Origin: Parachlamydiales bacterium
GTDB taxonomy: Bacteria; Chlamydiota; Chlamydiia; Chlamydiales; CALOCV01
Assembly: GCA_942491955.1 (NCBI GenBank)
Contig: CALOCV010000027.1
Location: 250 to 64,249 of the forward strand
DNA length: 64,000 bases
Reading direction: 5' to 3'
Numbering within the stretch: the stretch's first letter is position 1; the number at the start of each line of letters is the position of its first letter. The notes under the pieces were generated by a model. The model ran no database searches, was not told where the DNA came from, and was given only the letters and a program-made list of their open reading frames with translations. The position numbers and the translations under genes are program-made. Shown here one piece after another: positions 39,185-48,310 of this stretch.

Positions 39185-40225
39185 ATGCGATTGGAACCAG
39201 AAAACATTTATGACCCATCGATCCTAGAGAAAATCAACGAATTGATTCTTCTTGCAGGAGAAAATCCCGATACGTTTGAATCGGATCTCGTGAAGCAAAT
39301 CATCCAGACCAGTCTCAAGCTTCTCACCCAACAGCACGATACTGCTCAATTGAAACTGATCACAGCAACCATCAAAGAGATGCGCTATGCTTACGGTATC
39401 TTTAACAAGTATAAAGGATCTCCCTGCATCAGTTTCTTCGGCTCTGCTAGAACTCCTCCTGAACATCCCGACTACATAGCTGCTAGGCATTTTGGTCGTA
39501 CGATGGCCGAGCATGGATGGATGGTCATCACAGGAGGAGGAGAGGGTTTGATGCGAGCAGGATTAGAAGAGATTCCTCCCGATGCACGTATTGGGCTTTC
39601 GATTCGCCTACCTTTTGAAGAAAACGCAAGTCCTGCTTTTGCTGGAGACCCCAAACTCATCACTTTCCGTTATTTCTTTACGAGAAAGGTGATGTTTTTA
39701 ACCCATTCCAACGCGATTGCTGTTTTTCCTGGTGGGGTAGGCACCCATGATGAGCTTTTTGAGGCATTGACTCTTTTACAAACGGGAAAAGCGGAGATGG
39801 TGCCTCTTGTCCTGCTAGAAGGAGAGGGAGGAGATTATTGGAAAAACTGGTGGCATTATTTTGAAAAAAATCTTATAGATCGTGGAATGGTGAGTCGCGA
39901 AGACCGCTCTTTTTTTTACATTGCTCCCTCTGTTGCAAAAGCTGTCGAGCACATCCAACACTTTTATCTGCGATACCATTCGAGCCGTTATGTAAAAGAC
40001 ACGATGGTCATTCGAATGCTTCAACCCCTTTCTCCCGATCAGATCGAAACATTGAATGAACGGTATTCCGCTGTTATCAAAAGTGGAATGATTACCCCGT
40101 CATCGGCTCTTCCTGAAGAAAATGACCACCTCGATCTCCCTCGGATCATCTTCCATCACACGCGATCGCGCTATGGCATCATTCGAGAATTGATCGACAC
40201 CATTAACAGCTTTCCTTTGGGGTAA
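39185..40225 (+). CDS. LOG-family (TIGR00730-type) nucleotide-binding protein
   Basis: FFGSART, TGGGEGLM, FPGGVGTHDE. Confidence 0.88.
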   Translation: MRLEPENIYDPSILEKINELILLAGENPDTFESDLVKQIIQTSLKLLTQQHDTAQLKLITATIKEMRYAYGIFNKYKGSPCISFFGSARTPPEHPDYIAARHFGRTMAEHGWMVITGGGEGLMRAGLEEIPPDARIGLSIRLPFEENASPAFAGDPKLITFRYFFTRKVMFLTHSNAIAVFPGGVGTHDELFEALTLLQTGKAEMVPLVLLEGEGGDYWKNWWHYFEKNLIDRGMVSREDRSFFYIAPSVAKAVEHIQHFYLRYHSSRYVKDTMVIRMLQPLSPDQIETLNERYSAVIKSGMITPSSALPEENDHLDLPRIIFHHTRSRYGIIRELIDTINSFPLG

Positions 40226-40227
40226 TC

Positions 40228-41241
40228 ATGAGCATCCGTCTCGATAACGGTTTTACAAAAGAAGATCTAAAAAAAGAAGTACGCGAGTTCACCCATCCTG
40301 TTGATACTCTGCTTCCCATCGACAAGAGCGTTCATGAAGCATTAGCAACATTACGCCACAAGGAAATCCGTCACCACGCCAACTACTACTATGCTGTCGA
40401 TCAGCAAAACCATTTGGTCGGTATCGCCTCGACACGACAGCTTCTCTTTGCCGATCCCGATGCTCCTATTCGCGACATCATGTCGCAAAAAGTCATCAAG
40501 ATCGAAGAGGGGGCTCCCCTTGCCGAAGCATTGCACCGGATTGCAGAAAAACAATTGTTAGCTCTTCCCGTTGTTGATAAGGAGAATATTCTCAAGGGAA
40601 TTTTTGAAGTCCATACGGAACCGATGGTCTTTTCCGAAGAGGAAGCCATCCCTAGCAAAATCGATCAAGAAATTTTCCAACTCATTGGATTTTCTCTTGA
40701 ACAGAGTAAGATGTCGACCAGTTTACAAGAGTATCGTTATCGGATGCCTTGGCTCCTTTGTAATATGATTGGAGGGTTTGCATGTGCGGCAATAGCCGGC
40801 ATCTACCAGGAGACATTGGATTCTATCGTTATTCTCGCCCTTTTCATTCCACTGGTACTTGCTTTAAGCGAATCGATTTCAATGCAATCGATGACACTAA
40901 GTCTGCAATTTTTGCAGCAGAAAAAAATGGCGTGGAACCAAATTACTCGAAGGGTATGGACGGAGTGGAAAACAGGTCTTCTATTGGGGTTGACGAGCAT
41001 GGTATGTGTTGCTGGAGGATATCTTCTTCTTGAGCGGGAATGGTCTCCTTTAGTTGCTGTCGGAGTGAGTGTTTTTCTCTCGATGTTTTTAGCAGCTACC
41101 ATTGGTACGATAACTCCTATCATCTTTCACGCCCTCCGCTGGGATCCGAAGGTAGCCGTAGGCCCTATTGTACTCACCCTTTCTGATATCGTGGCCACAT
41201 CGATCTACCTAAGTTTTTCGACTTGGTGGTTGATTGGTTAA
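40228..41241 (+). CDS. mgtE: MgtE-family Mg2+ transporter (CBS pair plus membrane domain)
   Basis: CBS motifs, RMPWL, FIPLV, DPKVAVGPIV.TLSD. Confidence 0.85.
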   Translation: MSIRLDNGFTKEDLKKEVREFTHPVDTLLPIDKSVHEALATLRHKEIRHHANYYYAVDQQNHLVGIASTRQLLFADPDAPIRDIMSQKVIKIEEGAPLAEALHRIAEKQLLALPVVDKENILKGIFEVHTEPMVFSEEEAIPSKIDQEIFQLIGFSLEQSKMSTSLQEYRYRMPWLLCNMIGGFACAAIAGIYQETLDSIVILALFIPLVLALSESISMQSMTLSLQFLQQKKMAWNQITRRVWTEWKTGLLLGLTSMVCVAGGYLLLEREWSPLVAVGVSVFLSMFLAATIGTITPIIFHALRWDPKVAVGPIVLTLSDIVATSIYLSFSTWWLIG

Positions 41242-41305
41242 CCTTTTCTTTGCTCAAATTTCTTACATGATATACGTTAAGAGAAACGATTCGTAAGGAG
41301 AACCT

Positions 41306-42361
41306 ATGTCATTGCAACAAATCGAGAAAATTTTGGGAGAAAAGGCCGACCCCCTACTATCTCACACCTGTAAAACGATCAGCAAAGATTCCCTACACAC
41401 CCCACATGCCGACTGGGTCTCCGATATCTTCGGCCCTTCCAACCGGAACATCTCCGTCTTGCGCAACTTGCAAGCTCTCTTTGGTCATGGACGCCTTGCC
41501 AATACGGGGTATCTTTCCATTCTCCCGATCGATCAAGGGATTGAGCATTCTGCGGGAGCCTCTTTTGCACCCAACCCCATCTATTTTGACCCAGAAAATA
41601 TCATCCGCCTCGCAATAGAAGGGGGGTGCAACGGTGTAGCAACGACATCCGGCGTTTTGGGAATGATAGCGAGAAAGTATGCTCACAAGATCCCACTGAT
41701 TCTCAAAATCAATCACAATGAGCTTCTTACTTACCCGAATAAGTACGACCAAATTTTCTTTGCAACGGTACAACAAGCCCATGAGATGGGGTGTGCTGCG
41801 ATTGGAGCGACGATCTATTTTGGTTCTAAAGAAAGTTCTCGCCAAATTATGGAGGTGAGTAAAGCCTTTGCCCATGCTCATGAGCTCGGCATGGCAACCA
41901 TCTTGTGGTGTTACCTGCGAAACCCTGGCTTTAAAGTCGATGGAACCGACTACCATGCGGCAGCCGATTTGACCGGACAAGCCAACCACTTAGGAGCAAC
42001 GATTGAAGCCGACATTGTGAAACAAAAGCTTCCTACGAACAATGGTGGCTATCCCGCAGTAAAATTTGGCAAGTACGTCGATGCGATGTATGACAAGCTC
42101 TGTTCTTCGCATCCGATTGATCTTTGTCGGTATCAAGTCGCCAATGGATATATGGGTCGATGTGGCTTGATTAATTCGGGGGGTGCATCGGGACAAAATG
42201 ACTTGCAGCAAGCCGTTGAAACGGCCACAATCAATAAAAGAGCTGGAGGCATTGGCCTCATTTCAGGAAGAAAGGCCTTCCAAAAGCCTATGGTAGATGG
42301 GGTTAACCTCCTCCATGCAATCCAAGATGTTTATCTTTGCAAAGAGATCGGACTTGCCTAA
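41306..42361 (+). CDS. fbaB: Class I fructose-bisphosphate aldolase (DhnA type)
   Basis: [35 protein letters not shown]. Confidence 0.95.
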   Translation: MSLQQIEKILGEKADPLLSHTCKTISKDSLHTPHADWVSDIFGPSNRNISVLRNLQALFGHGRLANTGYLSILPIDQGIEHSAGASFAPNPIYFDPENIIRLAIEGGCNGVATTSGVLGMIARKYAHKIPLILKINHNELLTYPNKYDQIFFATVQQAHEMGCAAIGATIYFGSKESSRQIMEVSKAFAHAHELGMATILWCYLRNPGFKVDGTDYHAAADLTGQANHLGATIEADIVKQKLPTNNGGYPAVKFGKYVDAMYDKLCSSHPIDLCRYQVANGYMGRCGLINSGGASGQNDLQQAVETATINKRAGGIGLISGRKAFQKPMVDGVNLLHAIQDVYLCKEIGLA

Positions 42362-43041
42362 AAGAAGGCATGGATATCACTCCATTGCCAATCGGATAGA
42401 GAAGAGACGATGCGATCGGCACGGGAGAAATTCTGTTGAGCTGTCAATGCGTGGGGCACAGCGACACAGACCATTCCTGCGCTTTTTGTCGCTTCGACTC
42501 CAGCAAAAGTGTCTTCAAAAGCGATGCAGTGTTGAGGTGACACTCCCGCTTTTTTGGCTGCATGGAGATAGATATAGGGCTTTGGTTTATTGAATCCTTC
42601 AGGGTCGTGGATATAATGGAGATCATCTTCTCCTGACACAATAGGATCGAATACACCCTCTAATCCTGCATGCCGAAGATTCATGCCGATCTCATGATGT
42701 CCTCCACCAGAGACAAGCCCCAAAACAAAAGCCTTCTCTTTTTTTAGAGGGATGAGTCGTCGTATAAAGGCAATGGTATCGTGAAAAAGAGGCACCCCTT
42801 CGTCTTGCATTGCATGGTAGCAATCCTTAAACGCCTTTCCCACCCCGTCTGATAAGGGTCGCTTGTGTTTTTGTGCGATGACATGAAGGATGTAGTACAT
42901 GGGTTGCCCCACCAAAGAGGCATATTCGTCTCGAGAAAAGGGGATCCCTTCTTCTGCGAGAATGGTTTGCCACGCATGGTATTTCAATGCTTCGCTATCG
43001 ACAATCACACCGTCGCAATCAAAAAATATTCCTCTCATCAT
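42358..43041 (-). CDS. HAD-superfamily phosphatase (beta-PGM/CbbY-like)
   Basis: [23 protein letters not shown]. Confidence 0.9.
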   Translation of the reverse strand: MMRGIFFDCDGVIVDSEALKYHAWQTILAEEGIPFSRDEYASLVGQPMYYILHVIAQKHKRPLSDGVGKAFKDCYHAMQDEGVPLFHDTIAFIRRLIPLKKEKAFVLGLVSGGGHHEIGMNLRHAGLEGVFDPIVSGEDDLHYIHDPEGFNKPKPYIYLHAAKKAGVSPQHCIAFEDTFAGVEATKSAGMVCVAVPHALTAQQNFSRADRIVSSLSDWQWSDIHAFF

Positions 43042-43060
43042 TCTCCAATTGGAGTCAACT

Positions 43061-43123
43061 TTGGGGTCAGGCCTGACATTCGGACATTTGGAACAAATGT
43101 CCGAATGTCAGGCCTGACCCCAA
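43061..43123. repeat. 63-bp perfect palindrome at the 3' side of the transposase
   Basis: Identical to 26215-26277; encodes the transposase C-terminus WGQA*. Confidence 0.95.
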
Positions 43124-44055
43124 ACGACTTCCCGCAAATCAGCTATTTCTTCTGAAAGGATTTGTGAGGAATAACACTTTTGTTCTAGCCGATAGGCTAA
43201 CTTACTTAATCCACTAGAATCTCGAGAAAGGAATGCAGCAAGTTCTTCAAGAGACAAGTTATCCGACTCTCGTACAAATAGAGCTAATACTGCACGCGCT
43301 TGTGCTGTTACTCGATTCTTTCCTGGCGCGCGTACAGCTTCCGGTAAAAGATCGAAACGATTGCAAACAAGAGTAACAAGTTGTGACAAATCAATTTTTC
43401 GTTTTTGACATCCATTTCTATGGATTCCTTCCATGCATTCTCCCACAAATTTTTCATCGCCGAGAATCCCTTCCACGAGCCCTCTATTTACAGAACAATC
43501 TTTTTTAAAATTTTCTTTTTTTAAAATGAAATGATGATACATTTTAATCGCTTCATTTTTCGTCTCTCCAAATTTTTTTAAAATATGATTACATGTCAAC
43601 CATACATAATAATCTAAAAGCAAATACGCTCTATGGCTGCTCCACATATATTGTTCTGCTGATTGTACTAAACGGGCTCGAACAGGATTGAGATGAATAT
43701 ATCGAATCAACTCCGTAAGATACCGATTTTCATCAATGAGAACAGATTTAAATCGACCTTGAAATAGATGCCCAATACGAGCATATTTTCTATTGATATA
43801 CCGCGTATACCGGAAAGAAAGATGTTGTGCGATTTGTGAAACACTCATCTGATTAACCTGAACGGCAAGATGCACATGATTTCTCATAAAACAAAAAGAA
43901 TGAATACGATGACCAAACCGCTCCACTCCTTCTTGTATCAACAAACACATGCGGCAACGGTCCTCATCCGAAAAGAAAATAGGCTGTTTATCGTTGCCTC
44001 TTAGTATGACATGATAAAAAGCAAAAGGAAGATGAAAACGTCGTTTTCGTGCCAT
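43108..44055 (-). mobile_element. REP-associated tyrosine (Y1/HUH) transposase with DnaA-domain-IV-like C-terminus
   Basis: YHVILRGN, NHVHL (HUH), GHLFQGRFKS, YIHLNPVRA, WSS; tail ...AQARAVLALFVRE..LSLEELAAFLSRD resembles the DnaA C-terminal HTH. Confidence 0.9.
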
Positions 44056-44076
44056 AGAACGAAAAGATTTTGGTGT

Positions 44077-44139
44077 TTGGGGTCAGGCCTGACATTCGGA
44101 CATTTGGAACAAATGTCCGAATGTCAGGCCTGACCCCAA
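44077..44139. repeat. 63-bp perfect palindrome at the 5' side of the transposase
   Basis: Identical to the other two copies; 21 bp upstream of the ATG. Confidence 0.95.
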
Positions 44140-44143
44140 TGGA

Positions 44144-44770
44144 CTACATGCCGTAGCGATCGTGTCCTTCATTCCTTGGGACATAGGTAATTAACGCATC
44201 GACAAAGGCATTCCAATTTTGCTGTTGTACATGATGGAAAAGGTAATCGGGATTGATTTGTAACCGCTTTGCAAAATCCCTTACCATGTCGGGTGTGATG
44301 TTGTTACGCAAGCTTTCCGATTGAAAGGACTCCCCCATACTGCTGATGAAATTATCCCAAACAAAGGGCTTTTTCCGCATATTGTGAATGCCCACTTTAA
44401 GCTTTTCATCCGTAAAAATGCAAAGCATAAATCGCAAAGGGTGGACATGTCCAACCCGGTTTCCCGCCCTTTCAAGAGATCCTTGCGTTAACAAAAGCTT
44501 TGCATGGGATTTATCGGCAAGAGTGGTAACAATATAAGTGATTTCTTTCTTTTCTTGCGGCGTCACTTCCACATAATATTCGCGTGGACCATCATTAGAA
44601 TCGGGAACATTCGCCCCCCTCTGGTATCTCACCACTTGGACAGGCATAGAAAAAGATCGCTCGATCAATCCTGTATCTCGCCACACCGAGGGCTCCAGAG
44701 CAAAAAGAAATGGATGGACAACAATCATGACCATCGTAAAGAATCCCTTCATCGTCGTCGAGTTTACCAT
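44144..44770 (-). CDS. Exported hypothetical protein
   Basis: Signal-peptide-like start, helical domain with an HPLRF..IF motif; GGAG RBS. Confidence 0.7.
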   Translation of the reverse strand: MVNSTTMKGFFTMVMIVVHPFLFALEPSVWRDTGLIERSFSMPVQVVRYQRGANVPDSNDGPREYYVEVTPQEKKEITYIVTTLADKSHAKLLLTQGSLERAGNRVGHVHPLRFMLCIFTDEKLKVGIHNMRKKPFVWDNFISSMGESFQSESLRNNITPDMVRDFAKRLQINPDYLFHHVQQQNWNAFVDALITYVPRNEGHDRYGM

Positions 44771-44858
44771 AGATAGCTCCTTATTTTACCACTTGACACT
44801 CCACCCTTTCTTCCTTATAAGGCAAAACTGGATCGCTTGTATAGGGATTTTTTCCTTA

Positions 44859-45019
44859 TACTAATGGAAAGAAATAAAGAGACACATTGAATTCAAAATT
44901 TTTTCGAGAAAATTGTTTTTGGAGATCGATGCGAACTCTTATGAGTTTGCGAGATCGAAAAATCGATTTTAAGGAAAAAGATGAATATGAATTTGTCTCT
45001 TTATTTCTTTCCATTGGTA
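44859..45019 (+). mobile_element. MITE family A' (161 bp), diverged relative of family A
   Basis: TIR TAC(T/C)AATGGAAAGAAATAAAGAGA (1 mismatch), TTA on both sides; interior aligns with 14554-14713. Confidence 0.85.
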
Positions 45020-45024
45020 TTACT

Positions 45025-45801
45025 ATGAAAAAAACGGTTTTCCTTTTCTGCCTCTTCTTTGCTCCACTTACAAGCATAGAATGGAATATCCTCACAGGCC
45101 CACGTACGGTCTCTTTAGGTCCTGAAGTCTACTCCATGCATAGAAATCGTGCCAATGGAAGTAAGCAACACGGATGGCTTTGGGGCGTTCACGCCATCTT
45201 TGAGCGAGAAAGAGAGAATGCCCTCTATTGGGGCGTAGAGGGGCGCTGGGCCGAAGGGGATTTAGATGGTCATCTTGCGAATGCAATGAAACTCCACTCT
45301 CGTCTATCGGAAGGAGATATCGAAGGACGTGTTGGTTTCTTTGGCTCCTTTACTTATGGCTACCCCATTGCCATTATCCCCTTTGTTGGAGGAGGATATT
45401 ACTGGGGAACGAACGATTTTCACCATCCTTCCCCGATGCGCGTGAAATTCCACGATCGCTATAGCTTTTGGTCGGTCGGTTTTCTCACCAAAATCACTCT
45501 CACCCCGTGCTTACAAACAGGGCTCCGTTTCTTTGCGCGAAGAATGGGCCACGGCTATACCCATGTCTCTGACGATCCCGAATTTTCTTCCGTCAATATC
45601 GAGATGAACAATAAATGGCACTTCCTCATCGATATCCCGATCATCTATTCGTTCACTTTGTGCGAAAAAACATTCGGGATTAATATTAATCCTTTTTTTG
45701 AATATCGACGATTAGGAGGACGGGAAAACTTCCCCTTCGACTTCATCGATACCCAATTCCAAAATTGGGGTGTCCGTCTTCTTCTCACACATTCATTTTG
45801 A
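45025..45801 (+). CDS. Outer-membrane beta-barrel protein
   Basis: Signal peptide MKKTVFLFCLFFAPL, alternating aromatic strands, C-terminal Phe. The longer ORF from 44887 is MITE-derived. Confidence 0.8.
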   Translation: MKKTVFLFCLFFAPLTSIEWNILTGPRTVSLGPEVYSMHRNRANGSKQHGWLWGVHAIFERERENALYWGVEGRWAEGDLDGHLANAMKLHSRLSEGDIEGRVGFFGSFTYGYPIAIIPFVGGGYYWGTNDFHHPSPMRVKFHDRYSFWSVGFLTKITLTPCLQTGLRFFARRMGHGYTHVSDDPEFSSVNIEMNNKWHFLIDIPIIYSFTLCEKTFGININPFFEYRRLGGRENFPFDFIDTQFQNWGVRLLLTHSF

Positions 45802-45855
45802 CAAAAATGTTATGTCTATGATACACTTGTGGAAAAATAAATTGTCGAGAAAATC

Positions 45856-48303
45856 ATGGGTTTTTTGTTAACCAATATCCGCCCCGGCGGGGATGTGCTC
45901 CTTTTTTCACTTCACGGGAAAAATTACTCTCTAAAAAAAAGTTGGCGCCAATGGAATGTCCTCTACTTCACGTACAATGACAAAACAAAAGAATTTGGTA
46001 TCCGTCGTCTCAACTCGATTCAGCGCATTCTTCGACGCGCATTTCGCTTCTACGCTCCTACACATGCAAAAAACCTCCAAAAGGGTTTGACCCACTACAA
46101 TATCTCATGGGATGCCAAAACGCGCCGCTCCCTAATTCCCCTCTGCACCACAAATTCTCCCTCTCCCTCTACACCAACAGAGCCAGAGCCCGGCACCCCC
46201 ATAAAGAGACACCCTCCTATTCTCCCTTGGTGCCAGCAACTTGCGGCTAGTGGAAATCAAGCTGCCCATCTGAAATTGGGTCGAATGCATGAAGAGGGTG
46301 ACGAAGTACCCGTCGATCTTACAGCCGCAGAGAACTGTTATCAAACGGTGATCGCAAACGACCGTCATCTACAGTATGAAGCGTATGTTCGCTTGGGAGA
46401 CCTTTACTTAAAAAAAGCGAAAGGAAATGAGAAAAAGGAAGATCGTCTCTTTTTCCTCAAGAAAGCTTTCTTCTCTTACCAACAGACTGAAGCCCACCCT
46501 CCATCTAACAAAAAATTCATTGAAACATTTTTGAATATCGTCTCTGAAGAATCTGACAATTCGATCAAAAAAACTCATTTTCGAGATGTTTTTGCAAAAA
46601 CTTTTGAAACCCTATTTCGTCATTTTATCGAAACGGGATCGCTCCCAGAAGATGATGTTGTTTACCATCTTCTTACATGGGCAAAAGACTTACCCGACGA
46701 TTTTCCTAAAAAGCGATTATCTCTTGTCTTTTTTATGCTCCTGTTGTTGTGGAAAGGTGGAGACCAATCGCGCGCAAAAACACTTCTCGAGTCTCTCCAT
46801 TCTCGACAAGATGCCATTGCTGCAGGGTTTCCTTCAATGGATGCATTAACGAAAGAAAATTTTCTAGAAACACCCTTTTTTGAGGATCACTTAAAAAAAG
46901 GAAATAGCAATTCCATCTTTATTAAACGCGCCTGTTTCGCTCTCCTTGAAGAAATCAACCAAAAACAGGAAACCTTTTTTTCCTCTTATCAACGTTCTTT
47001 AAATCACGTTAATGGAGGCCCATTCGAATATTTATTGCTCTGGAAGCTGGGAACCTTATGCGAAGAAGGTGCGGGGACAGAGGTAGACCTACAACGAGCT
47101 AAGCAACATTTTGAAGAGGCAAGGGATGCGCCTGATTATCCTTCTTCTTTTGTTTTACGTTGCTTTCCCGCTAGTAAAACAGCAAAAGACATCCAAATCA
47201 TGAAGAAAAAGGCCAAGTATGGCGATCAAGAAATACTGCAAGCAGTCATTACTTCTCTCCAAGCAGAAGGAAAAGATACAACAAAATACAAAAAAAGGCT
47301 TTTCTTGCTCCACGGAGGCATTCCATGGGAAGAATGTTTATTCAAAGCATCCACAGAGTTTGATTTTACATGGCTTGATGAAGGAGATCCCCTTTTACCC
47401 AATGAGTTCTATGAGAAACTCAATATGTACCAGCATTCTGTTATCCAGGAGCAATTCGAACACATTCAAAAGAAAATTGCCGACAAGCCTCTTGAAGAGG
47501 CAAAACGCATTCTCTTGGCATGGCATCAAACAGTTGCGACCCCATATACAGAAGCGCATGAAAAGCAAGGGAAACGTTTCCAAATACTCCCATTCAAGAT
47601 AGGCCAATGTCTCTCACAGCACGGGCTTGACGAAGAGGCTTTTACCTGGTATGCACAATCTTCCTCTCATCTTTACCCTCCAGCCTCAGCACACGCGAAT
47701 ACCGCTATTACATTATTTCAAGAAGGGAACACGCAACATTTTCTAACTGCTTTTATCAACTTTACATACGCTTGGATCTTTGAAGAAAATGAAGAACGGA
47801 AGAAAGAATACAAAACGCAACTGACTACCCTGTGGAACGACCCCAAACGTCCACAAGATTTTTCCATTGCCGATCTCGACGATTGGTTCAAGGACATAGC
47901 ACAGCAAAAAACATTTATTCAAACAACATCTTTTAAGAACTCTGCCATCGTCTTAGGCAAATTGGATGAACAAAGTGGTATGACGGAGTCCCAGAAATAT
48001 CAGGAATTTCTTCAGCGCAAAGAAGTATGGGATGTAGGTCAAAAAAAATCCTTCGAAGAATTGAAAACAGAACTTCGACAACAGGAAGAATCCGACAACA
48101 TCCCTGAAAGCAATCGATGGAAAGAAACAGACTCTCTTCAAAATTTTTTCTGCCGTCTTGCAGAATTCGAGCAACAACGACAGCTGCCTAATCAAGTAAA
48201 GATAGTCACATATTTGTTTACTGCCATTACTTTAGGTTATCGACCGAAAGGGGATGACTTACAAAAAACAAAATTATTATTGCAGTTTGTTTTATACCTT
48301 TAG
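45856..48303 (+). CDS. Sel1-like repeat protein, candidate effector
   Basis: LGRMHEEGDEVPVDLTAAENCY and LGTLCEEGAGTEVDLQRAKQHF; Pro-rich linker after the N-terminal module. Confidence 0.8.
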   Translation: MGFLLTNIRPGGDVLLFSLHGKNYSLKKSWRQWNVLYFTYNDKTKEFGIRRLNSIQRILRRAFRFYAPTHAKNLQKGLTHYNISWDAKTRRSLIPLCTTNSPSPSTPTEPEPGTPIKRHPPILPWCQQLAASGNQAAHLKLGRMHEEGDEVPVDLTAAENCYQTVIANDRHLQYEAYVRLGDLYLKKAKGNEKKEDRLFFLKKAFFSYQQTEAHPPSNKKFIETFLNIVSEESDNSIKKTHFRDVFAKTFETLFRHFIETGSLPEDDVVYHLLTWAKDLPDDFPKKRLSLVFFMLLLLWKGGDQSRAKTLLESLHSRQDAIAAGFPSMDALTKENFLETPFFEDHLKKGNSNSIFIKRACFALLEEINQKQETFFSSYQRSLNHVNGGPFEYLLLWKLGTLCEEGAGTEVDLQRAKQHFEEARDAPDYPSSFVLRCFPASKTAKDIQIMKKKAKYGDQEILQAVITSLQAEGKDTTKYKKRLFLLHGGIPWEECLFKASTEFDFTWLDEGDPLLPNEFYEKLNMYQHSVIQEQFEHIQKKIADKPLEEAKRILLAWHQTVATPYTEAHEKQGKRFQILPFKIGQCLSQHGLDEEAFTWYAQSSSHLYPPASAHANTAITLFQEGNTQHFLTAFINFTYAWIFEENEERKKEYKTQLTTLWNDPKRPQDFSIADLDDWFKDIAQQKTFIQTTSFKNSAIVLGKLDEQSGMTESQKYQEFLQRKEVWDVGQKKSFEELKTELRQQEESDNIPESNRWKETDSLQNFFCRLAEFEQQRQLPNQVKIVTYLFTAITLGYRPKGDDLQKTKLLLQFVLYL

Positions 48304-48310
48304 GTTTTTC

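Noticed and set aside
26215-44139. 63-bp palindromes as CRISPR repeats, or as the cause of the skew flips
   Set aside because: Not arrayed with spacers; they flank a Y1 transposase. No skew inversion is apparent at 26215 or 43061-44139.
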